DNA of 64,000 bases, from assembly GCA_047495785.1 (NCBI GenBank), contig JBLDXI010000054.1, forward strand, positions 2,914,001 through 2,978,000, read 5' to 3'. Position 1 is the stretch's first letter. Each line of letters starts with the position of its first letter. Positions 39,014-49,116 of this stretch are shown here, piece after piece. Made by a program: the position numbers and the translations under genes. The DNA is from Lepidodermella squamata (lineage: Eukaryota > Animalia > Gastrotricha). The notes below the pieces were generated by a model. That model did not search any database. It saw only the letters and a list, made by a program, of their open reading frames with translations, and had not been told where the DNA came from.

Positions 39014-39068
39014 TGTCACTGATGAGTCCCTCTGACCAAGGGACGAAACCGGTCTGACGGAATGGTCA
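39014..39068 (+). ncRNA. Type I hammerhead ribozyme
   Basis: UGUCA-CUGAUGA-GUCCC-(UCUGACCAA)-GGGAC-GAAA-CCGG-UC^-UGACG: complete core, stems I and II, palindromic minimal stem III. Predicted cleavage after 39054. Confidence 0.92.
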
Positions 39069-40375
39069 CCCTATATTGAGAACTCTCATTGGTTCCCCTT
39101 TGAAGGAAAGCGATAATAGTCACTTCTTCAACTTTATTTCAATATTTTATTTTCTGGGGGGGCAAAGCCCCCCCAACCCCCCTTATTTTATATTATAGGT
39201 TTATGATTTTACAATTTCCTCGACTGGGGGGGCTAAGCCCCCCCAACCCCCCTTGTTCTTTTGACAAATCTCCTGATTTTCAACAGAACAATGAATGGTT
39301 GTCTAGTTTGTCTTTTCTCTGCATTCTGAGCAGAGGCATCTTCATCTAGGTGTCCCCAAAGCGTTCACTTAGAGAATTGACCACTCATATTCACCGAATT
39401 CCACTTGCCAACAGAACTTCGCCAGCTTGCATCATTCATCAGACATATAAATCTGAAGATCAAATACCTGACTCATGGTCTCTTACATACAAATCAGTTC
39501 GTACGATGAACAAAAACTGTACGATCTATTTTTGGAGTGACGAAAAAATCGAATTATTTTTCCAAGACTATTATCCTTGGTTTCTGCCCGTATTTCATTC
39601 TTACGCTTACAAAATTCAGCAAGTTGATGCGTTCAGATATTTTGCCCTATACCACTTCTCTGGAATTTACATTGACATGGACGTCGGCTGCCAGCGACCC
39701 GTGCAAGAACTGCTGCAAAGTGACTACAACATTTTCTTGCATTCAACACAGCCATTCGGGTATTCAAATGACGTCATGATATCACGAACAAAGCAGCATA
39801 AATTTTTCAAGAGACTGATTGAAAACCTTGAGCTTTGGAACAGATGGTTCTTTATACCTTATTTGACCGTTCTGCTCAGTACAGGACCTCTATTCTTGAC
39901 TTTTCAATTTTATTCAGCCCGAAAAAGTGAAATTCAAGATATTGCTGTTGTTGATGACAACTTCAGCCGAGGTGGGCCATATTATTTCTGGCACATCGAT
40001 GGTAGTTCTTGGCACAGTTGGGATGCCAAGTTAGCTATTTTTATGTACACAAATCTAAATGCTTTTTGTTGTGTGATTTTAATTTTACTGATCTCAATTT
40101 TTACTGTTTTAGCTTTTTCAAGGAAATTCAAGAGTAAGATGAAAAATAAAACATAATAATTAAGCTAAAATCGCAATCAGTCTATTTTAGCGGTTGTAGA
40201 TACAGAGTTTTCCGCCTTCGCATCACACCCCTCAGAGTCGAATTTACAAGCCATCGATCGATGGCCGTACCTGCAATTCATTTGCGCACTTGAATTGCTA
40301 ATGCGCTCGCTAATGTTAAAATGCCAGCCATAAAAAAATCACGCAAAATTTAAACTAGTAACTCAGCTCAACAAG

Positions 40376-41691
40376 ATGAGCCTGGTAAATTTAGTGCTCG
40401 CACTCCAGCAGTTGGTGCTGCTTAGTTGGTGTCTAAGCAATGAAGATGACGTGAAATCTCAGATTTTACGGGAATGCAACTTCATACCAGGCGCGACCCA
40501 TCCGAATGAATACAACACCACCGCCCCACCAACACCCGTTGACATCTCTTTTGGCTTTCTTCGTCTGGCTGCTGTTGATGACACGCGAGAAACAACAACA
40601 GTGACAGGGTATTTCAATATTCAATTTCATTTGGAATGTCTCCGAGCGGCAACGCATCGTTTCAATCAAACTCGTACGGTTTCTCCATTTTGGTGCTTCA
40701 GCAATACAGATGATTACTGGAAACCAGGCATAGTATTAGAAAATAGGTTTGGGTTCTTATGCATTATCACCTGTGTTATTTAAAAGTGCTCGAATTTAGC
40801 AGCGACGATTTTGGGATTCAAAACATTCAACCATCTTTGACTGGTTTCCCTTTCGAGGGAAGAATTCAATGGACTTTAACTGGGCTTTACTCAGCTTTCT
40901 GTGACATGGATTTCGAACGGTAGCGCAAAAAAATCGACAAAATCTCTTGCCTTATAACGAAAATGCTTTCTAATGTAGATTTCCAATAGATCAACAGCTC
41001 TGTTCCATTGTTATCGATGTATGGATGAATAACGATTCCATGCAAGTAAAGTCGATTTACAGCTTTGTACAACCCAGTGCTCTTAATGTAACGACTAAGA
41101 ACGTCGGATGGGCACTTGGGGATAGACGGGAGTCTTACGCTATACTGCCATACAGCACAACGAACTTTCACTCATTCACCTTTCATTTCACCATAACAAG
41201 AGAGCCGCGCTACTTCATCCTCAATATTGTCGCACCCTGCTTCGTTTTGATGGCAGTTCAGCTAGTCGGAGGATTCCTGCCCCCTGAGACGGCTGAGAGG
41301 TCCAGGTATACTACGACAAAAAGCTCAATGCTGCACAAGCATCCACCTTACTTTCTTGTATTTCAGCTTTGCTGTGACCGTCCTGCTGAGCTTCACGGTG
41401 ATTCAAAGCCAAGTTCTGTCGAATTTCCCGAAAACATCAGCCAACATCTACTTGTCAAATCTCACTTTCGGCCTACTGATTTTCTCAATGGTTATAACAG
41501 CTTACTCAGCCTTAACTTGTGCCTTATGTGAATCTTCGGAGGCTTATGCGTCCAAGCTCGTTGTGTTGGCACGAGGTCGAAAAACGATTCGGTTATGCCG
41601 ACTCGTTGATATCTGCTTCTTTCTTGCGATGCTTTTGATTATCACTATTTTCAGCTTGACTCTTCTTTGGCTCATAAGAAACGGGGATTGA
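40376..41691 (+). CDS. Divergent Cys-loop LGIC subunit 13; introns 40747-40799, 40920-40978, 41306-41366
   Basis: YWKPG, spliced CDMDFERFPIDQQLC, REPRYF, M2 TAERSSFAVTVLLSFT. Confidence 0.88.
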
Positions 41692-42191
41692 AAGAATAAT
41701 ATCAAATCAATGCTGCTTGGACGATCCTTTACTAACCACAAGGTTCTATATGAATAATCCTGAGAAGCACCAGTATCACCTGATTATCATAAAGTGACGT
41801 TTGGCCTTCTGATATTGCCGATGGTCATTGCCTCGAACTCTGATTTGAGCATGGCGCGAATGGTCGGAAAATCACATCAAGCGTATTGAATTGCCGCCGT
41901 GCAACAGAGATGTCTCTTTGTCGGCTCATTGACTCTATCTTTTTCCGTACAATGGTACCTAGCGCTTCTGTGCTTGATTCGAAACTGATCCTCAAGGAAA
42001 TTACAAGTGAAGCGAATAAATTTTAATATAAATGCTTGGTAATGCCTAGCCTTTGCTTTCAGAGTTGTGTCGCTTCTGGCTCGATATCAAAATTAGCATC
42101 CTTATCTTGTTGTCTGCAAAGTGCATGTTTGCATTATTGCATATATGATGCGGACAGTTTGGTTTTCTGGAAACTTATTCTCCGAGATAAT

Positions 42192-42900
42192 ATGGCAACA
42201 CAGCCCTCGGCTCAGCCAAGGGGAAGCTTTGCAAGAGGGGCCGAGAAGGGCTTGGCGTTATTCTCTGCATTCGAGGCCAAGCACGTTATAGTTCCTGTTT
42301 TGGCCTATCTTCTTTTCAGGTGAAGTTCACCGTTTAGTCTTTGAAAAATGCAATTTTATTGTTTTAAGCTGGGTGAATGAGTATGAACCCGATGGTATCT
42401 ACATTGATGCACCAGATTCAGCCGAGCTACGCTGCCAGTGGCGGTATTGGAACTTACTGCGGCATTTGAGAATAGTTACGCAGATCAACGCGATGGAGCG
42501 GCTCAACCGGTTTTACTTCCTCGAACTTACAGAAACAGCCATGGCTTGTCCTGAAACTGAGTACATCCTCGATGAACATCTCAAGAAGTTTTCCAAATTT
42601 GCAAAGATACGAGACCAATTGAACACTGAAATCATCGAAATTCACAAAAATGGAACGACGAATAATGCTACAATCGCGGAGGTGTCCAGACCGTATTTCT
42701 CCAACGTTGAACCGTCCGAGGAGCTGTGCCAGGTCGTTTTTCATTATCTAACATGGACAGATCACGAGTTGCGGAAACATTTATGGTTTTCATGGCAATT
42801 TCACAACTTTTTCTTGAATAAGATGGAACACCATCCTATGGCTACTGAAATTATGTTCGGCCTATTCTCGCTACTTGTTACTAAAATCATTTTTAAATAA
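42192..42900 (+). CDS. Uncharacterised membrane-associated protein, paralog 1; intron 42320-42368
   Basis: Spliced ORF MATQPSAQ...VLAYLLFSWVNEYE...; clear paralogy with the next gene (CQWRYWNLLRHLR, AMACP, NFFLN.MEHHP). Confidence 0.75.
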
Positions 42901-43267
42901 AATGTTATCTGTTACCAACTCCAAATTGGTAAAACTCTTATCATGAACCCTGAACTGAATAAATCATATCCTTTAGTTCAAACTTGATTGACTTTTATTT
43001 AAATACCAAGCTCGCAATTCTCTCAACTGAATTCAGAATTGTCGCGGGTTTATATTTGGAATGTACTGAACCTCATGCCTCATGGTAATAGCCTATATTC
43101 GCACATATTACAACATATTACAACGACAGTTATTGATTTGTTGGCATTGTGAGTGCACTCAGTCGCTCGTGTCTCTGAAAACAACACTTTTCTTATCAAC
43201 ATAAAGTGTTTTACTGATATGCGAACTGGCCCATGAGAATGAGAATAAGGCTCAGAGGAGAAAAAGA

Positions 43268-44241
43268 ATGGACTTAATTCAACGGAGCGTGATCTTGCTT
43301 CAAATTTTGCTGTTTTCAGCTTTGAGGTAAGGCATTTAGGGTGTTTCTCAACCGTATTACTGCGCTTAGAGTGTTATGCTCCCCAAACATGGTTTATGAG
43401 GCATTTTGAATTACCCCGATTATAGTTACTACTATAAATTGAGTTGCAATAGCGGCATGGCACTCACAGAACGGTAATACGGTAACTATGGTACATCTTA
43501 GTCTAGATTTGCAGAGTCAAAGTCCAACTATTTTTTGCTTGGATGGTCGATATGATACGTAGCATCAATGGTGCTCGGCAGCACGCGATTCTTTGTTTTC
43601 CTTAATATTGCTTATGAAAAATCACAACTGCATATCCCTCCACCGTGACCGACCCAGCTAAACACAGTTAGACTGTGACACTGCAAATCTGGACGAGAAT
43701 GCTAGATATCTAAAGATTTTCTAATTTTCACAGCTGGATAACGAATTATGATTTTGACATCGTCTACAGCGATGACAGCAACAATACAGAACTGCTGTGC
43801 CAATGGAGATATTGGAATCTGCTACGGCATCTCCGACAGATGCATCTCACCAAAATGGAAGAAATGTACAACAAATTGTACATGCTAGAAATGGCAGAGG
43901 CTGCGATGGCTTGCCCAAACATCCGCTACATTTTAGACGAGCATCTGCTTAAATTGAAGAAATACGCCAAGATAAGACGGAAGCTCAACTCGAAACTATC
44001 TGTTCTTCAAGGTGATAAGTCGAACAAGGTTATCTACTTCCCGAACGTAGATCCCACTGAAGAAATGGCTCAAGTTGCCTTTCATCACATTCATTGGACT
44101 GATCGAGAGATACGGAGTCATTTATGGACGTCGTGGCAAGTTTATAATTTCTTTCTCAACAGAATGGAACATCATCCTCTTGCTGCTGATATTATTTTCG
44201 GACTTCTTACAATCTTTCTAACTAAAGTGATTTTCGCATGA
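43268..44241 (+). CDS. Uncharacterised membrane-associated protein, paralog 2; intron 43327-43733
   Basis: MDLIQRSVILLQILLFSALS/WITNYDFD...CQWRYWNLLRHLR...; same intron phase and position as paralog 1. Confidence 0.7.
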
Positions 44242-44294
44242 AATCTATACCTGTAGTTAACCTTTTTTCCAATTCCAATTTTAGATTTGTTAAA

Positions 44295-45227
44295 ATGGCT
44301 GGAAAAGTTGTGGTTGTTACTGGAGCCAATAAGGGATTAGGCTTTGCTATTGTCAAGCTGCTCCTTCAACAACATCCAGATTGGAAGGTTCTTTTGTGCT
44401 CGCGAAATCAAGAGCGTGGCGAAAACGCTGTGAGCAAGTTGAAGAACGATTTCGGCCTAACAGCTCACCTTCGAATTCTCGACATCGACTCACGAGAATC
44501 CATCCTTGCGTTTAAAAAGTCAATCCAGCAGGAATTTCCTGATGGGATTGATATACTCATCAACAACGCTGGCGTGTTCTTCGACATCAAAGACCCGAAC
44601 AGTGCGGAGTTTAAGTTTAACCTAGAAAATGTCCGCGCGACTTTGGCGACTAATTTTTTCGGAGTCTACAACGTTTGCGAAGAACTGATACCCCTTCTGA
44701 AGAGCGATGGCAGAGTTATCAATGTCTCCAGCCGTCTTTCGCAAATTATCTTCTCCCATTGCGACGATTCTCGTAAAACGAAAATCAGGGATGTGAAAAC
44801 GCTTAAGGAAACGTTTGACATGATGGCTGAGTTTCGAGATATGGATCCGGCGAAATACGCCTCGGATGGATGGATGAAGAACCCCCCTGAAATGGACTGT
44901 TTACCAGGTTACCCGCTTGGCATTTGTCTGGCTTATGGTGTCTCTAAAGTTGGAGTGAATTTGCTGACGAAAATCTACCAAGAGCAGTTCGACCGAACCC
45001 CTGGGTCGGAAAGGCGGACGATCAGTGCAATGTGCCCTGGCGATGCAGCTACTGACATGGTACCTACTGCGAAGAATTCAGCCGAATTTAGCGCTGACAC
45101 TGTCATCTACCTAGCCTTGCAGCCGGATGACGAAAGGTACCGCGGGAAATTCTTGGCCGAACGCAAAGTTATGGATTTTTTCGAAATGACGAGTGAGGAA
45201 TACGATGATTTACTGAAACTTATGTAG
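44295..45227 (+). CDS. CBR1: Carbonyl reductase [NADPH]-like short-chain dehydrogenase/reductase
   Basis: TGANKGLG, LINNAG, TNFFG, GRVINVSS, YGVSK (YxxxK), CPG..ATDM; intronless. The symbol is a family-level call only. Confidence 0.85.
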   Translation: MAGKVVVVTGANKGLGFAIVKLLLQQHPDWKVLLCSRNQERGENAVSKLKNDFGLTAHLRILDIDSRESILAFKKSIQQEFPDGIDILINNAGVFFDIKDPNSAEFKFNLENVRATLATNFFGVYNVCEELIPLLKSDGRVINVSSRLSQIIFSHCDDSRKTKIRDVKTLKETFDMMAEFRDMDPAKYASDGWMKNPPEMDCLPGYPLGICLAYGVSKVGVNLLTKIYQEQFDRTPGSERRTISAMCPGDAATDMVPTAKNSAEFSADTVIYLALQPDDERYRGKFLAERKVMDFFEMTSEEYDDLLKLM

Positions 45228-45735
45228 TAAAATGGTAATAACTGTAGGCTGGAAGGAAAACATGAAATAAAGTATCATAAATTATTATTAATTTCACGTT
45301 ATAGCAACGCAATCATCTCATTATGCGCTAGTTATATATTGTCTCATGCAGCAAATGTGAGAGATACCTATTCAAACCGGTTACATCTTCTAAGATTTAT
45401 TGTCATCTATCGAATGCTTGAAACGAGATGCTTGCCGCCAATATCTATGCCAACTCTGCCATTCAAACCTGACATTGAACTTACATCATTAGTTGTTTTA
45501 TTCCGTCTTGGAAGACAATAAATTACGCTATTTCAACCCTCGCTGCCCTTTTCCGCACGCCCCTCGATGTAGAATGTTCTCGAAAGTCCACGTTTTCAAG
45601 TTTATAAAATTATCGATCTGAAACCAATTTTCCGATGCTTCAATTCACAAAAGTGCATCAGCAAATAAATAATTTATTGAGAACCAAAATCCGGCTTCTG
45701 CCGTTGAGAGTTTGAACACTAGGCAATTAGCTATA

Positions 45736-47018
45736 ATGTTGCTTTTATACTTCTTACTTTCGATCAGCCAGGCTGTTAATTCGGAAGACAGTGTCCAGAC
45801 ACAAATTTTGAAGGAATGCCGCTTCATTTCCTCTGTCAGCCATCCGCTGGATAACAATAGAACTGCAGAGCCGATTCCCACGAGAGCTGGGTTTGGCTAT
45901 CGACGACTAGTTGGCGTAGACGATAGGGAAGAAAAAATTATGATCAATGGCCTTTTCTTTGTCGAATATCAGCTCAACTGCCTCCGTGAGAAAGCGCTCG
46001 CTTACAATCGAACCCGGAATGTGCCAGAGTTTTGGACGATCTCGAAGAATCTGGACGAGCTTTGGCGCCCATATTTGGGCCTTGAAAATAGCCAAGAGGA
46101 CTACGCTATGAATCAATTCATCACATCATCCATCACCGTTTTCCCATTTCAAGGAAAAATCTACCACAACTTCGTTGGAGAATTCATCGTCTTCTGCGAC
46201 ATGGATTTCAAAAAGTTGGAATAATTTCATTGCATGAACTCTGTATGAACTCTTCTTGTTAGGTTCCCATCCGACTCACAATTTTGCATGCTTTCCATTG
46301 AACTCTGGCTTGACAATAGATCTCTGTCTATGGAGTCGATTTTCAGCTTCATCCAACCGAGTAGCTTAGGACTTAAGTCAAAGAACACCGGATGGAATTT
46401 TGTTGGTCGCTCAGAGAATTTTGCGATTAAGCCATATGCTTTGCAAACGAATTACCACGTTTTCATGTTCTGCTTTAACATCGAGCGTGAGGCGAGCTAT
46501 TACATTACAAATATCATAAGCCCTGGTTTCATGCTGCTTCTAACGCAATTCGCAGGTGGCTTCCTTCCAGCAGATGCTCCGGAACGTGCAAGGTAAACAT
46601 CGCTTTATTCAGTTAGATTTACCAAAATTCTAACTTTAACGCTGGCTTTAGCTTCGCCGTGACGGTTATGCTGAGTTTTACGATTACCCAAGGCCAAGTC
46701 CTGGAGAATTTCCCGAAGTCATCAGCTGAAATTCTGCTCTCCAATTCAGTTTTTGCACAAATGGCGTGTGCTTTGTTAATCACAGCTTACTCAGCCATAA
46801 TGAGTGCCGTTTGTGACTCTGATCCTGATTACAGCCAGCGTTTCGTTCGAATGAAATGCACCGCGAAGCCGCTTAAATTGCGCCTGGTTCGCCTTGTGGA
46901 CATTTTGTTTTTCGGTTCAGTTGCCCTTGTATATGCGATGTTTTCATTGCTATACATCACACCCTACTATTTCCCTATCTATCCGCAAAACTCAACCCGA
47001 CTATGTGGCTCTCCTTGA
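45736..47018 (+). CDS. Divergent Cys-loop LGIC subunit 14 (subfamily D); introns 46215-46262, 46593-46651
   Basis: LWRPY, spliced CDMDFKKFPSDSQFC, M2 APERASFAVTVMLSFT. Confidence 0.88.
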
Positions 47019-47639
47019 GAGTATGCCTGTAGATGTCTGCAGATGGAAGGGCAAGCCAGATGAATGAAATGACCATTTTACTTTATTTCATTTGCTTGAT
47101 AAAATGCACAAAAATGATAAAAATAAAGAAACGCATACATCCTATGTCCTGTAGGGAATAAGCCTCACGAGGCTCGGTTTAGCCTGAAAGCAAGGCACCT
47201 ACCCATTGCATCACCATCAATCCGATGGCATACATCTTTGCCGTCCTCATCTGTTGCTGCTACGAGGTTCGATCCACATGTCATCAAGAGTATTTGGGAT
47301 TTTCGAAATAAAACACCGATTAACCGAATTGAAACACCGATAAAACCTATTATTAAACTGAGCTGGATCATGACCCTGAAAAATAAATTTTTCCAGTGAC
47401 TCAAAATTCCTTTGTAGTTTCCAAAAAATTTCCTTCGTTGACTGCTTGCAACCGGCTTGGAATATCATGGTCTCGTCAGTCTAGTTTTTCGAGTTTGAAA
47501 AATAAAATTGATCAAAACCACTTTGCAGCGATTCAAAGTGGATGCGTTTTGTATGGCTTATGTGTATTAATAATTTATCGAAAAGTGATAAAATACTGGC
47601 AAGAGTTGAATTACGCCCGAAATATACAGACACAAAAGG

Positions 47640-48925
47640 ATGATCAACGTTTTAGCTTTTTATTGCTTATTGGCATTCAGCCGCTATCTTAGTGCGCAAG
47701 ACAGTGTTCAGACACTGATTTTGAAAGAATGTCGCTTCGTTTCCTCAGTCAGTCATCCACTTGATAACAACAGAACGGCCGAGCCCATACGTGCTCGTGC
47801 TGGGTTCGGCTATCGTCGGCTAGTCGGAGTCGACGACAGGCAAGAGAAGGTTATGATTAATGGTCTCTTTTTTGTGGAGTATCAACTTGACTGCCTGCGT
47901 GAGAAAGCGATCGCTTACAATCGAACTCAAAACGTCCCAGAGTTTTGGACAATCTCCCGGAATCTCGACGATTTTTGGCGCCCATATTTCGGACTTGAAA
48001 ATAGCCAAGAGGATTACGCCATGAGCCAGTCCATCACTTCTTCCATCACCGTTTTCCCGTTCCAAGGAAGGATTTCACACATTTTCGTTGGTGAATTCGC
48101 TGTGTTTTGTGACATGGATTTCAAAACGTAATTAGTTTATTTCAAGAAGGATTGTGTGACTGAATTATCCGATTTTCCAGATTCCCCTCTGATGAACAGT
48201 TCTGCATGATTTCCATCGAGCCTTGGTTGGACAACAGATCTCTTTCGGTAGAATCTATATCAAGCTTTATCCAGCCAAGCAGTCTCTCAGTTAAGTCTAA
48301 AAACACTGGGTGGCTTTTGATGAGTCGTTCGGAAAATTTCGCAATCTTGCCATACGGTTTGCAGACAAATTACCACGTTTTCATGTTTTGCTTCCAAATC
48401 AAGCGGGAATATGGCTATTACGTTTCTAACATCATCCTGCCTGGTTTTATGCTACTTTTGGCAGCATTTGCGGGAGGATTCCTGCCGCCTGATGCACCAG
48501 AAAGAGCAAGGTAAAACCGACAATCACTCTGCTGTGATCAATTTAATTGATCTCTTTTCAGCTTCTCTGTAACAGTCATGCTAAGTTTCACGGTAGTTCA
48601 AGGTCAAGTCCTGGAAAATTTTCCCAAGTCATCGGCCGAATTTTTGCTGTCAAGTTCTATTTTTGCGCAAATGGGCATCGCTTTCTTCATCACAACTTAT
48701 TCAGCTATAATAAGTGCCGTCTGTGACTCCTATCCGAGTTACGTCGAGCGTTTTGTTCACCTGAAGTGCATGGCCAAGCCGCTGAAGTTACGTGTCTGCC
48801 GCCTGGTTGACATTTTGTTCTTCACTGCAGTTGCGATCGCATTCCTGATTTTCACCTTCAGCAACACCACTCCCGAAACTTTTGATTTGAAACAAAACTC
48901 AACCATGAAATGTGGCTCGCGTTAA
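47640..48925 (+). CDS. Divergent Cys-loop LGIC subunit 15 (subfamily D); introns 48128-48180, 48511-48561
   Basis: FWRPY, spliced CDMDFKTFPSDEQFC, M2 APERASFSVTVMLSFT. Confidence 0.88.
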
Positions 48926-49116
48926 ACGGATTAACATTAATCAGGGTTATTTCATCATACTCAGTCCTGTCGATTGTGGGTCAAAATTTGGTTGTAATGA
49001 GATAACACATGATGATTTTTTATCTTATCTTAATTTCCACAGACTCGACCCTCCATTACGCAGCTCCTTTTCTACTAGATTATAAGCAAATTGTAATTCG
49101 TTAGAATCTAATAAAA

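Larger units (their letters stand above)
37001..39389 (+). mobile_element. 5'-truncated Penelope-like retroelement with a 34-bp target-site duplication
   Basis: RT motifs KVRPI, TADITDMY, FYKQLKGLAMGASLSPFLAN, RYLDD, YLDF and PLE thumb SHHPQHVFGGIVESQTLRYLRIC...KRGY. ttcaccgaattccacttgccaacagaacttcgcc at 36967-37000 and 39390-39423. Hammerhead ribozyme in the 3' region. Confidence 0.9.
36843..40156 (+). pseudogene. GT32 SUR1-like glycosyltransferase, copy 3, split by a Penelope-like insertion
   Basis: ATG at 36843 gives MNKAAKFVFLIVSLTALIYC...FHRIPLANRTSP; the frame resumes at 39424 with ACIIHQTYK...GIYIDMD...GSSWHSWD. Confidence 0.85.

Noticed and set aside
982-48065. Recurrent antisense ORFs (e.g. 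MPPV.VTTSSTSLTST) over the channel genes
   Set aside because: They are shadows of the conserved sense-strand codons, repeated only because the genes are paralogs.
953-48925. Assigning nAChR gene symbols, or a prokaryotic GLIC/ELIC origin
   Set aside because: There is no loop-C CC or recognisable orthology. Spliceosomal introns and a true C-x13-C loop show these are animal genes.
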